Source: Octopus sinensis
Lineage: Eukaryota
NCBI RefSeq assembly: GCF_006345805.1
Contig: NC_043002.1
Span: forward strand, 37,076,001-37,140,000
DNA: 64,000 bases
Reading direction: 5' to 3'
Position numbers and translations under genes: made by a program. The notes beneath the pieces were generated by a model, which saw nothing but the letters and a program-made list of their open reading frames with translations, made no database searches and was not told where the DNA came from. This document shows positions 1 to 13,930 of this stretch, piece by piece. Every line of letters starts with the position of its first letter. The first letter of the stretch is position 1.

Positions 1-639
1 CCAAACTGCATGCAGCTGATTGGCTGCTTTAGCAATATATAACAACCCCCCCCTCTCACACACAACAGGATAGAGAAGTCAACTCACAACACCATTTCTC
101 TGAAGATTTCCTGAAGAAGAGGTTCTGTCACCAAAATATTGAAATACAAGACAAAAGTACCAACCATCAGCCTGTATCATTTTTTATAATTTGCAGTGTT
201 TCTGCTTTATAAAAAAATAATAAAACACACACACACACACATACATGTGTATAAATGTATGAATTTATGTAGGCACAGATGGCCATATTTCAAATACCAA
301 AGTTCAAATTACAAAGCTAAAGGAGACTCTCCTCTCCAAAGGATAACATAGAAATGCTTTAATTATATTGCAAACTTTTCTGTCATATGGAATTTCCCAA
401 TTTCTATTATAAATGAAGTCACATTTAACCTTCCAATTTTCTTGTCATTAATATTGTCATCCTTAGAGGTCATTTTATGATTTAAAATATTGGTGGAAGC
501 TGAGTAATTTATGTATATAAGTGTATCTATCTATTTGTCTGTCTATCTCCCTTTCTCTCTCTCTTTGTATATATATATATATGTATGTATCTATCTATAT
601 ATATATATGTAGATACATACATACATATAATATATATAT

Positions 640-701
<62 letters not shown>

Positions 702-707
702 CATACA

Positions 708-902
708 TGGCAAAAATGAGTTGTACTTGTATTTCAAAGGGTCAGCCTTGTCACTCTCTGTGTCACGCTGATTATCCCCGAGAACTACGTTAAGGGTACA
801 CGTGTCTGTGGAATGCTCAGCCATTTGCACGTTAATTTCACGAGCAAGCTGTTCCGTTGATCGTATCAGCTGGGACCCTCGTCGTCGTAACCGGCGGAGT
901 CT
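708..902 (+). mobile_element. SINE family E, 3' half
   Basis: Matches the fuller copy at 30562-30880 in opposite orientation (tggcaaaaatgag...ccctcgtcgtcgtaa). Confidence 0.8.
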
Positions 903-928
903 TTTTAGATATATATATATATATATAT

Positions 929-991
<63 letters not shown>

Positions 992-994
992 TAT

Positions 995-1160
995 AGGGGG
1001 AGAATTGACAAAAAAAACAAAAGATGAAGACAGGTGGTGTAGACAACAACAGATGTATTAGTTTAACGCTCAGGAAATGAAGAAGTCTTTAACGTTTCGA
1101 GCCTACGCTCTTCCACAGAAAGGAACACAGAAAGAAACAGGGAGAGAAAATAAAAAATAT
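995..1160 (-). mobile_element. Short hammerhead-like repeat, probably Penelope-related and non-autonomous
   Basis: Minus strand reads ctgtggaagagcgtaggctcgaaacgttaaagact; homologous copies lie near 62990 and 63650 on the + strand. Confidence 0.6.
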
Positions 1161-1292
1161 ATTAATAATAATGATGAGACAGCAAAAGAATGAAAGAGAT
1201 CTCGATATTATGTAAATAGAGGAATTTATTTGTAATATAATATGTGACAATTATTCGGTTGCCATAATAAAACTCCGAGTTTTGGATGTCAG

Positions 1293-3952
1293 GGCGGAAA
1301 TCTGCACCGACATCTCTTCAGTTATAGAGGCAATTAAAATATGCTATGAAAATGACCATTAAACAAAGGAAAATTACTATGTAAATGACCATTATTAAGA
1401 CAAAAGAATGATCGTTAAATAAGGTAAAAAACTGAAGGGGAGAAAGTAAAAAGTAAAAGAGTTAGAAAGCTCATAGCAATCATGTGTGCACGCATGTACA
1501 TACATACACATTTGTGTATGCACACCCACGTACATGTGCGTATATGCATATGTTCACTGAGACTCACATGAAACACACATATGTGCACCCACACATATGT
1601 CAAATAGATGTGCATATATATGCAACCATGCATGTTCACTTATACAAATCCACACACACACATGCACATATCCATACATGCACAGTTATATTCAAATACA
1701 CACACGCGAACGCACACATGTGCATGTAACCATATGCACACAGTTATATTCAAAGGCACATCTAAAAAACATACATGCTATATATGCATATGCTCACTTA
1801 CACTCACATGGACTCCCACGTAAATATGCAACCATACACATGTGCATATACATGTACATATATACATACCTGCACACACACACACATACAAAAATTTCAT
1901 ATGCACGTCTATATATGCACATGCACAAGAAAAAAGAAGTGTAGAAGGTAAAATACAGGAAAAAAGTGTAAAAATATATAAAGCACTGAAATTATGAAAA
2001 TATATAAGTATGTAAAAAAATATGCAAAAAACATATAAGAAATATATATAAAAAGTATATATATAAAATATATACATAAAAGTATATATATATTAAAAGG
2101 AAATTGACAAATGATGAAAATTTTTGGTCTTAGATACCAACCTGACGGTTGTCAATTTCTTAGATGTATCCTTAGATCTAAATAAGAATATTTATAAGTC
2201 TTATAGTAAGCCCCACGATAGACTTAGTTATATTAATGTGGGTTCCTGCCATCCCACCATAGTGTTTAAAAATTGAGTTAAAAACATTAGCAGAAGAATT
2301 CCTAGCCTCTCCTCTGATAGTGCTGCCCCAGTATATATTAATGCTCTAAAAGATAATGGTTTTAGTGAGGAAATAAGCTATACACCTGCCACCAGTCCAA
2401 TAATAAAGAAAAGGAAACATAGGAATAGGAAAACTGTCTGGTTCACACCCCCTACTCTCCCAAAGTGACCTCTAATATAGGTAAGTATTTCTTAGCACTG
2501 ATAGATAGACATTTTCAAGTCAACCATAGTTACAGAAATTTCTTCAATAGACATAACTTAAAAATCAGTTTCAGCTCAAGTACTAATTTTTAAAATATTA
2601 TCACACACAAAATGCAAAAACCATAAAATGAAACCAGCTGTTCATGCAGGGATAAAAATTTGTGCCCGCTAAATGGAGCTTGCCTTTCCGAGACAATCAT
2701 TTATGAAGCCATCTTAGAGTCTACAACCACTAAGGGCACAGTTTTGACAAAGAAATATGTGGGCCTTACAGAGGGGAATTTTAAGGCCAAGTTCAATAAT
2801 CACACCTTGAGCTTCAGGCACTGGGATAAAAGGAAAACAACCAAATTATCCAGTAACATATGGTCCTTAAAAGATAAAGGTATCAGTTACAACATCCATT
2901 GGAAGATCTTAGCCAAGTTTAACCTTACATCAACAGCAATGGCAAGTGTGGTCTTTGTGATATGGAAAGATGGTTCATATGGAAAGGCAGCTTAGACTCT
3001 GCTACATGTCTAAATTCAAGAACTGAACTTTTTTGATCATGTCCATATGTGACTAAATATTTGTTACGTTTTTGATCCCCCCAAGATCACAGATAGCACT
3101 TGCTTTTTATATTGTGTCCATATACAAGATTTTTATCTCTCTAAGCTTTTTATATATATTTCTTACATATTTTTACATATTTTTTTACATACTTATAGAG
3201 ATATATACATTTGTATATTTTTATTACTTTATATATTTTTACACTTTTTCGCTGTATTTTATCTTCCACCCTGCATTTTTCTTGTGTATGTGTGTATATA
3301 GTCATGTATATAGAATTTTTGTATGTGTGTGAGTGCATGAGTGCAGGTATGTATATATGTACATGTATATGCACATGTGTATGGTTGCATATGTATGTGG
3401 GAGTCTACACGAATGTAAGTGAGCATATGCATATATAGCATGTATGTTTTTTAGATGTGTATTTGAATATAACTGTGCAGATATGGTTACGTACATGTAC
3501 ATTTGTGTGTGTGTATGTGTGTGCACATATATGTTTGAATATAACTATGCACATATGGGTATGTGCCTGTGTGTGTGTGTGTATGAATTTGTATACATGT
3601 ACATGCATGGTTGCATATATATGTGCATCTATTTGACATATGTGTGGATGCACATGTGTGTGTTTCATGCGATTCTGAGTGAACATATGCATATAGGCAC
3701 ATGTACATGGGTGTGCGTTTGAGCATGTGTATGTATGTACATGCATGCACACATGATTGCTATGAGCTTTCTTACTCTTTTACTTTTTACTTCCTCCCCT
3801 TCGGTTTTTTGCCTTATTTAACGATCATTCTAATAGCAGTTTTGTCTTAATAATGGTCCTTTACATAGTAATTTTCCTTTGTTTAGTAATCATTTTTATA
3901 GCATATTTTAATTGCCTCAATAACTGAAGAGATGCCAGTGCAGATTTCCGCT
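1293..3952 (+). mobile_element. Penelope-like element (PLE): 5'-truncated RT C-terminus plus GIY-YIG endonuclease, with its 3' region duplicated upstream in inverted orientation
   Basis: 2100-3075 gives VVNFLDVSLDLN...YINVGSCHP...NISRRI and CPLNGACLSETIIYEA...YVGLTEGNFK...HTLSFRH...IHWKIL, with stops and frameshifts. 1293-2055 is the reverse complement of 3146-3952. Confidence 0.85.
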
Positions 3953-3954
3953 CC

Positions 3955-4189
3955 ATTGCCAGTAGCATGTAAAAAGCACCATTCGAGCATGGTCGTTGCC
4001 AGTGCTGGTGGCATGTAAAAAGCACCCACTACACTCTCAGAGGGGCTGGTGTTAGGAAGGTTGGTGTTCTACATCCAGCTGTAGAAACCTTCCCAGATCA
4101 GATTGGAGTCTGGTACAGCCTTCTGGCTTGTCAGTCTTCAATAAAACCATCTAACCCATACTACCATGGAAAGCAGACATTAAACAATG

Positions 4190-4192
<3 letters not shown>
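3955..4192 (+). mobile_element. SINE family C copy
   Basis: gcatgtaaaaagcacc units and ttaggaaggg...ccagctgtagaaac; short (GAT)-like tail; truncates the PLE right arm. Confidence 0.8.
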
Positions 4193-4222
<30 letters not shown>

Positions 4223-4846
4223 ATATGCAAGTGAATATAAATACAACACTGTGCTTCCAAGATCTCAGATTGGCAGTTTTCTCAAGAATTTCATATCAGC
4301 AGTCATCCTAACCCCTTGTCATCTCCTTTGTGAAGTTCAAGGTCCTGAGATCAGCTTGAGATCATTCCATGCCATCATCTATATTTAGCCATACTAAATC
4401 CTTTTTCTAACACAGATATAGCATTAGCCTAAATCTCTTCTCTCTTAAGAATACTGCCAAACTACAAGCTTCTACCAAACAGTATAATTCATTATCTGTC
4501 GCAGATTAATATCATATGTTATCTGGAAGTCTGAATCAGAAAGTATTTTTGATAACTAGAATATTTTTGAATAAATGTCGGAAAGACCTGGAAATTTAAA
4601 CTGTATGGTGTGATAGCTATCTTTAAAAGCTGCTTCGCAACAAATCCAGAAAACGATTAGCTCAATGGACTCAGGGAAGCCATTAAATATTATTATAATT
4701 CTTTGATCACTGTTTGGTATATTTGGTGATAAGGTATCGATCAATAGAAAAGTTGTATAAAAAAGAAGAATCAAGATGATAAGATAAGAAGTTTACTCAT
4801 GATGATAATAACAACCAAAGGTTAGAAAATGTCAGAATGCATATGT

Positions 4847-4881
<35 letters not shown>

Positions 4882-5094
4882 TATATATGTGCACTGGCAT
4901 GGATGTGTGGTTGAGAAGTTTGCTTAAGAACTTTGAGGTTAGGGGTTTAGTTCCCATTGCAGGAATGTCATCAGCTAACATTCTTTTGTAGTAGCTCATC
5001 CACTAAACTGTGAGTGAAGTTAGACAGAAAGTGAAGGAGCCTGTTGTATATATAAAAATAGACCCACACACACATTTATTTTATAACGTCGCAT

Positions 5095-5377
5095 GATCGT
5101 TACCAACGTCGCCTTACTGGCACCTGTACTGGTGGCATGTGCAAAAGGATTCGAGCGAGGTCATTGCCAGTACCACCTGACTGGCCCTTGTACCGGTGGC
5201 ACGTAAAATGCACCCACTACACTCTCAGAGTGGTTGGTGTTAGGAAGGGCATCCAGCTGTAGAAACTCTGCCAAATCAAGATTGGAGTCTGGTGCAGCCA
5301 TCTGGTTCGCCAGTCCTCAGTTAAATCGCCCGACTCATGCTAGCAGGGAAAACGGACATTAAACGATGATGATGATG
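5095..5377 (+). mobile_element. SINE family C copy
   Basis: Same body as the 41553 copy; ends ttaaacgatgatgatgatg. Confidence 0.8.
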
Positions 5378-6882
5378 TAATTAAGCCTATGTCCGGTCAT
5401 AGGGTGACCAATGGTTTTGCATCCACAAAGGGCTTAGCCCCATGGATGGCTTGTCAGACTCTAAAGCCAAAGACAAATGTAACTCTTCATCCCTGGGAGG
5501 CTGGAATCCATTATGGTCAGTTGGTTAGTAAGTCACCAAAGCATAAACACTCTGGGTTGGCAAAGATGGGTTATCTCCCTTAGACCAGTTGATATGGGCC
5601 AAAAGAAGGGAAACAAGGAATTTTGACCTTGAGTTGCTTTTAGTTTGTAGGATCTTTTGGGGTCTAATTAACAGGGAATCCCATGCTTGCAGCAGGTAGT
5701 GTTTAAAATGGATAACTACCAAACTTAAAATAAGTACTAGGGTCGATTTGATTGACCCTAGCCATTCAAGGTACTGCATGAACCAGCATGGCTATGGTTC
5801 GATGATTGAATCAAGTTAACAAACAAAGAGTAAAAGAATATTAAGGTACTTTAGAGATGACAGGATGATATTTCTTCTTAGACGAACTAAAAACAAGATA
5901 ATTGCAACACTTAAAAAATCCAGAAAAAGATGGGTTGGTGAAATAATTCACAATTTCTAAAAATCTTTAGAGGTAGAGTTATAGACTAATAAAAATTACA
6001 GAGCAGAATCTGAGAAAACCTGGTGTGACCTGTATTGACAATAATTACTCAGTGAATGAAGTTAAGCCTTTAGTGTTTAATCCAGCCATGTCTGGCTGTA
6101 ATAGTCTACCTGTTTTATGTTGAAACTGACCTGATTCAACTTCACAAGATAATGCATGATTAATTCAAAACTTTTTAATCCTTGTATGTCGGATATATAA
6201 TTTAACAAAGCAAGGGGAAAGAAAGCATTTACATCATGTACTACTATTACTATAATACACAGATTCAACTCTCTCATTCATGGCTCACAGTGAACTGCTT
6301 ACCAACCTGAACTGTCAGTCACTCACAGTTCTTTATTTTATAACAATGAGTCAGTCCACCTTTTAGTCACTTGGTGGGTGGTTGGAATCCTTCCTCAACA
6401 GAAACAATGTGAATAAATAAGCAATATATTTGACAAGGAAATCTAAATGTTAAAGTATTAATGAGTTTGTTTTGATAAGTTATATGTCATAAAGAGAAGA
6501 AAGATTTGTCTTTTCAGGATTGGCTATTCATCTAATAGAAAGAAGAATTTTTACTTGAAAAAAAAAGAGATTGTTTTCATTTCCAGATAAAGATTTTCTC
6601 AGGAAGTATCAAATCTCTGTTATTCTCATAGCAAACAAATTTATCCACACTTATGAACATCAAATCTATCCACACTTATGAATATTTATATAAACAGCTG
6701 AATGCAAAGTGTAAGGTTATATATATTGCAAGATTAGTTGGGCAAAATTTAAACCAGGCAGTTAGTTACCTTTTCCAGATACCTTCAAGATTTAACTGTT
6801 TACAGAATAAGTAAAACAAATTAATGGTGATAAGTGAAATAAATTTTTATATTAGAATTTTAGTATAATGAAAAACACTTAC

Positions 6883-7741
6883 CTTGTTCGCTTACAGATT
6901 GGGATTTCACATCGAGATCTGATGTTAGTGCATTAGGAGGTGCTAAGACAGTATTTTTACTGCCAGGTACTGTCAAAACTTCAGGTAACCAAGGTACATT
7001 TCGGCTACTTCTTTGAGTCATTCCACTGTTGAATGAAGCTGCTCGGCTAACCGTTACACACGGACCTGCAGATGAAATCATGTGTAAATAATTTGATGAG
7101 GATGCAGGTTTGTAAGGTTGGCCTGAGGTCAGATCACTTGGTTGACCAAGACTGGACCCTGCTGCAGACTGGCAACCACTACAGATAATTCCAGATGGGT
7201 TTGGCACTAAAGACTCAGATGAAGGGTTCAAACTGCTGTTGTTGCTACTTGGTAATGTCAAAAAATTGGGCCTACGTGGCGATGAGACAGGGTCTACATC
7301 AGATACTTCTGGGCTTGCTCTGGGTGCCTGAGCACTGTTGTCTGTGTGTAACTGCTGGTTGTCCAGATTAGCAATAAGGCAAGAGTGAATGTGATGGCGA
7401 TAGTGAGGGCGATGGAGGTACATAGTTGGTTGCATCCCTTTCTTTTTCATTTTTTTTCGTTGCAAAGATATTGCTTTTTCGGGGTTAATCTTCCTCTGAC
7501 GTTTACCCCGAGAATCAAAATATCGTTTCATAATCTTCCGTTTCGTTCGTCTCCATAAGTGTGCAATGTATTTAAGAATTTCGGCATAACAACTTCCAGG
7601 TTCGGAATTACTCGCTAATGTACTTGATGATTGGAAACGTTTTCTCTCTTGCAACATTCTCTCAGTTTCACGCTTTTTTGTTTCAGAAAATTGTGTTGCT
7701 ATGACAACTAAGCATAAATTTATCATAAAAAAAGAACCAAT
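6883..7741 (-). CDS. Cav3: T-type Ca2+ channel alpha-1 (Cav3) exon: IS6, gating brake and proximal I-II linker (exon 8 equivalent)
   Basis: Acceptor tttcag|ATT GGT TCT and donor CAA G|gtaagt; 859 nt, phase 0 in and phase 1 out. Translates IGSFFMINLCLVVIATQFSETKKRE...EPGSCYAEILKYIAHLWRR...APRASPE, which are diagnostic Cav3 motifs. Confidence 0.97.
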
Positions 7742-8855
7742 CTGAAAGAAAAAAAATGTAAATAATTAAAATCTAAAAAATTTTAAAATTTCAATCAAAA
7801 ATTAACGTTTGTTAGATTTGTTTTACTTAAAATAATTTCTACTAAAAACCTTTCCTTTTATAGTTTATTTTTAGAACACAATTTTTGGAGTTTTTTTAAT
7901 ATTCTTTATTTTTCATTGAAGAAGGGTTAGTTACACTTAAATTCCTGGATGAAGAGGTTTAAGTAGGATTAATATAGCTAATGTTATTTTTGAACTACAA
8001 GAACTATATATGCAACCAGAGTTTAGCATAATTTTTGTCTGTTTTATCATCATCTTCTGTGCTGATGCCAGTCATTTGACCATGAAGTAAAACTATTACA
8101 TTTATTTTTGTTTTTAGGCATAATGCCAAAGTTTTTCACACAGTTTAAACTAATACTATCCAATGAGACTGTTATTAGTCAGACATTATTTCCTAGAACA
8201 TTGTGTAACCCCATGCAATGTTAAATTTACATCTATAATGATACAACACAATTTAAAGAGTCCCAAATTTTCCTCAAGAAATCAACAACAAAAGAATGTT
8301 ATGACATAAGGTTCTCGTTATGACATGTCACAGTTTTCTTTTCCGCATTGTTTATCATGTCTCAAGCTTCTATGTTAATCCTTAATATCTGTAATTAGTT
8401 TAAAGCCTTGAGCTGGCAGAATTGTCACTGTTTAGTGGCATTTTTCTGGCTCTTCACATTCTCATTTCAAATGCTGTCGAGAACTTTGACTTTCATCTGT
8501 TTGGGGTCGATAAAATAAATACCAGTCAAATATTGGGGTCAATGTGATCGACTTGCCCCTCCTCTCAAAATTGCAGTCCTAGTAACAAAGTTAGAAAGGA
8601 TTATCTGTAATCAGTTTTAATTTCCTATACTAATGAGCATATCATTAGAATTAGATCTCTTATTTGTGTAAGTCATTCGACTGTGGCCATGCTGGGGCAC
8701 TGCCTTGAGGAGTTTTAGTTGAATAAATTGACCCCCAATAATACTTATTCTCTTAAAAGTCTGGTACTTGTACTATCAATCTGTTTTGCCAAACCACTGA
8801 GCTACAGGAACATAAACAAACCAACACAAGTTGTCAGACAGTGGTGGGGTCAGAT

Positions 8856-8886
<31 letters not shown>

Positions 8887-9899
8887 AAACACATATATAT
8901 GGGAAAAATACTGAGATATAGTTGAAAATGCACCAAAATTTTCTTTCATATGATGATATTAATTACATAGAATGAAATATAAAAAAAAAAGTGGTGGCAA
9001 CATCAAGATCTATGAAAATAGTGCCATAAAACTCTAGTTCCTTGTTTCGGAAAGTAATTTGTTATTTGTGTATTCCTCTCAACTCAATTTTGTTTCATAT
9101 GTTACATTACTTTTGTTTTGTACTTGAAGCCATAGATGTTTTGAAAACATATGGCTTCATCAAGATTACCATCAGTTATTTATTACATCTGTTACATGTG
9201 AAGGCACGTAGCCTAGTGATTAGGCTGTTGCACAGACTAATCACTTGGCCATGATTGCTAGATCATAGGTTCAATTCTCAGACTGGGTGATTGCTCCACT
9301 CCCACTTTTGATCAGTGGGGAATGTTAGCTTGATCACCAAGCCAATGGGGGTGGTCAAAAGTTAAAACAAAGTGTATTGTGGCCAGCGATGTGTAACAAC
9401 ATCGGATAGCCTGGTCAGTCACATGATCATGTGATATATATGTTACCTGTGATTATTATGTACAATTTATACTTTTCTTTGAACAAAATACATGTGTGAA
9501 AATAAGGAACAAATGGACCAAAATAAAAATAATTTTTGAATGCAGATGAAAAGAAATGAAACAAACTTAAAACAAAACCTATGCTATTTAAAAGCAAACA
9601 ATGTCCTTGGATAAATTAGTCCGTAACAAAACACTACTGATTAATTTCATAGTATAAGCTTGGTATGAAAGTTAAGTGACACTGGTTTTTAGCAATAGTA
9701 TCTTCTCAAAAGGTTAGCTCAGAACAGAAAGAAGGACCATCACATTCTGCTAGCATCCAAAATAAATACAAATTTAAAAGAGAAAATTAGACCAAATAAT
9801 ACTATATTTATCCAAGCACTATAAATATGATACATGGACTGAGGGGAGGGGATGAAGTGGAGAAAGATATAAATGCAAACACACAAGTGTATGGAAACT

Positions 9900-12800
9900 T
9901 GCAATAAAGAATATCAAAATATCAAAAATTGGAATAGAAAAAAACTTGTAGACATGATACATGAATACACAATGAGAAAACAAATGAAATTGATTACACA
10001 TGATTTACCACAAACCAATGAAAGCATCACAACAGAACCAGTTTTTTTACAAACTTTCACTCATACAATATATGAGACCCCAAAATAGTGAAAATACCTA
10101 TCATGCAAAAAATAAACAATGTAATGTAGTAAACCAAAACAGACATAAAAAAAGCTAAAATCCGAAATGATGATGGTGACCATAGATATTTCCTATGCAA
10201 GTGTTCAGTTAAATACATGGCTACAAGAAAAGTATACTACTTATTCAACACATAATACATAACAATAAAATAAACGAAGTTAACATAGAGGAGGACCTAA
10301 CAGGAACAATATAGAAGATAGAAGAGAATGTAATTAAATTGATTAACAGGTATCAATGTAAACACCTGCCCAAACTATACATATTAAGTAGCTTTATGAA
10401 AGAATTAATAAATGTAACATTGCACTTCAAGAAATTCTGCTGATGGAAACAAACTACACAGATACTAACAGACTGAATGAGCAGTTCTTCTGTCCAGTAG
10501 CAGTGATAATATTGAGGGGAAATTGGACTTGTTCTGAATAGAGTGAGACCCTCAATCAAGCCCGCTTCCTTAAAAATAGTAAGAAAATATGCTATGTAGC
10601 ATTAAGTAAAAGAAAAGAATGGAAGAAAGAGACTGCTTTAGCGAAATGGAAAACAAGGGATCTGATATGAAAAAGATAAAAACAACCTAAAATAACAAAA
10701 AGAGTAATAGCAACACATAAATAAATCTTATCAGCTCAAGCATGCAGAATTAAAAGTCTTAAGAAACATGAACACTTCTTAGAGAACAATGTGTTTGTCA
10801 GTGAACAGGTCGTGGTTTCAAAGCAATGAAAATATTTCGGCAAATTAAATTTAAATGTTGAAGTGAATCTAACGGTTTCTGTGTATTTCTTAAATGGCTT
10901 CTAAACGCCTTCAATGCTGCATATGTATTTGAATCAAAAACAAAAAGATTTCACAAGAACATTTTCAAAATGAAAATACTGGGAAGGAATATGGAACAAA
11001 AACACTCAGCATGAAAAAAGCATGATGTATTAGAAATGAAGAGAAAAATATATTGGTATATAATAATATTGCAAGTATGTCCTACTATTACCATTAAGTA
11101 ATTCACCAACACATTAAGAACTACCAACAAGTGAAAACCTCTAAGATAGACAAGCCTCCACCCCTTTCTGGCTGAGGCACCTGATAAGTACCCATAGCTT
11201 CATAGAGACAGTGTTCAATAAACTGGTAAGCAGACTGAAAGTATGTTACATCTAAATAGCTACTAAAAATTAAAATGTTAATTCTTCAAAACAAAATACT
11301 AGAGACACTCAAGACTTGAAAAGCAGTGACATATTCTTCTCTACTCTAGGCACAAGGCCCAAAATTAGATCGATCCCAGCACACAACTGGTACTTAATTT
11401 ATCAACCCTGAAAGGATGGAAGGCAAAGTCGACCATGACAGAATTTGAACTCAGAACTTAAAGACAGACGAAATACCTATTTCTTTACTACCCACAAGGG
11501 GCTAAACACAGAGAGGACAAACAAGGACAGACAAACGGATTAAGTCGATTATATCAACCCCAGTGCGTAACTGGTACTTATTTGATCGACCCCGAAAGGA
11601 TGAAAGGCAAAGTCGACCTCGGTGGAATTAGAACTCAGAACGTAGCTGCAGACGAAATACCATTAAGCATTCCACCTGGCATGCTAACATTTCTGCTAGC
11701 TTGCCACCTTAAAGCAGTGACATATTACAAGTTAGGCAGACAGGATGCTGGAAAGATATGTATGTCTGCAAAGAGCAGACATACATGCTGGGGAACTAAG
11801 CTACTACAGAACACTGCAAAAATAGGGAAACAAACCTTAGCATTGCCTGAATCACTTTCTTGAATATAATTTATCTTTTACATGTGTCATTCATTGGGCT
11901 GTGGACATACTGGAGCACTGCCTTGAGGCATTTTAATCAAGTAGATCAACCCCAGTACTTGTATTTTTTTAAAAGTCTGGTACTTTTTCTATTGGTCTCT
12001 TTTGCTAAGCCACTAAGTTATGGGCATATGAACTGATCAGCACCAGTTGTCAAGCAGTGTGGGAAACAAACACAGGCACAAAAACACACACATATATATA
12101 CAAAGGGATTCCAGACAGTTTCCATCGATCAAATTCACTCACAAGGTATTGGTTGACCCAGGACTATAACAGAAGACACATGCCCAAAGTGTTACACACT
12201 GATACTGAAACTTAACTACATGACAAGCTTCTTCATGCTTGCACCTATGCCAAGAAATAAAGCACACCCAAGAGACAGTATTCCTTATATGTCAAAATGG
12301 AAAAGTATATAACTACAAGGCAGAAAGAAGGTAATTAAAATCAGTCCTGTATCTCTAAGAAGAGAAATATTCCAAAGAGACTCATTCTTCCTTCTAGTCT
12401 TTTTCAAAGCTCTGGCTCCATTAACAAATCTGTTGAATGAAACCTTCTCTGGCTATAGACACTATGAGCGAACTATAAACATATCCCTTCTATATGGATG
12501 ACTTCAAAATATTTACAAGAAATGATATCCAGTTGGGAATCCAGTAAAAATTGTTCATAAATTCAGTGAAGACATAAAAGTAAGAGATTATACAAATGTG
12601 TCAAAGCTACAATAAGAAGCAAATTAACTGAAAGTGAGAACATTAAGTTAGATATAGATACCAAAATCAAAGAATTAAACTAGAATTATATATAAAAGTA
12701 TTTGGGAATAGATGAAACATAAAATAAATAACACAAAAATGAAGGAGAAAAATTAGAATAGAATATTGTTGAAGAGTCAAACTTGTATAGAAAATTGAAC

Positions 12801-13930
12801 TCAATGGTAACCATGTCAGTTATAAATTATTACTTAAATAATGTAAACCAGAAGTTAAATTGACTGAATAGCTTAAACAGAAAAATCAGTAAACTATCAA
12901 TAGCATTCTGATACAGATTGACTATACCTGCCTGCACACAAAGAGAGTGGGATACTATTTGAATAGAAAACTATGACAAAATAACAACAGTGAATGGAGA
13001 AGAAAAATTTTGTAGTAAACAATGGGAAAACGAATAGCTTAATAGGGAAACATGAATAAAAATGTTTCTATCTATATAAGGAAACAGAGTACAAACTGAA
13101 AACTAACTACACTAAAGACAAGCTTTAGATAAGTAGAAAGAAAACAAATTATAAAAAAAAAACAACAAAAAATAAGTAAACAGAGGGCAAAATCAAAATG
13201 GTATTTGAAAATATACTGAAGAATAATTGGTGAGAAAAACCACTCCATGGGCAATACCCATCAAAACTGGTAAGAGAAATAAACCAAGTAAGCTAATACT
13301 AGCTCTGAGCTAAAAAGAGAAACAGAAGGTCTGATCTTAGTTGTAGAAGAGCAGTGCCTAACAACAAACAACTATACTACAAAAATAAAATAATGAAACA
13401 AATGCTAAAATCAAATGCAGGTTATGCAACCAATACAATGAGACAATTGACACCATCATTTCCAGCTACCCAGTCCTTGCCAAGTCCAAATATATTCATA
13501 GACAAGATTGAACTGGCAGCTGGGCAATATGCCAATATTTCACATGCAAATATGAAGCAAAAACAATACATGACAACAACATGGCTGTTATCATCTGCAA
13601 CATGCATTTCATTACTGCCTTATAGATCAAAGCAAACTATTCAGGGAGTTATAGACTGGAGCAAAAATGCCTGTGTTCAGATAGACACCTTGAACTTTTC
13701 TGACAAAAGCATTGCCTAAAAAGAGGTGGAGAAACTGTCAAAATACAAAGATCTTGAAATAAGTAGAATGTCGGGGGCATGGAATTAAAATCATTACCAA
13801 TAACTGAAACACTTGAGGAGATAAAAATAAATGAACTGTATAAAAAATTTCAGACTATACCAGGGTTCATTTCATTACACTCAGTCAAAAAGACAACCTT
13901 ACTAAGTGTGGGCCACATTTTATATATAAA
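9900..13930 (+). mobile_element. Heavily decayed non-LTR retrotransposon with restriction-like endonuclease (R4/Dong-like), interrupted by SINEs
   Basis: RT remnants: IFQRDSF (~12368, from GIFQGD), LYMDDFK (~12489), KYLGI (~12697). CRLCNQYNETIDTIIS zinc-knuckle remnant (~13416) and KLSKYKDLEI (~13732). Many stops and frameshifts; 5' boundary uncertain. Confidence 0.7.
11336..11710 (-). mobile_element. SINE family A composite (one full unit plus a second partial unit) with 16-bp TSD
   Basis: Two gtcgactttgcctt(t/c)catcctttc cores; aaagcagtgacatatt is repeated on both sides. Confidence 0.85.

Noticed and set aside
6280-6450. Small exon downstream of the I-II linker exon (donor-like gtaagc at ~6302)
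   Set aside because: No good acceptor, stops in the candidate frames and no Cav3 similarity.
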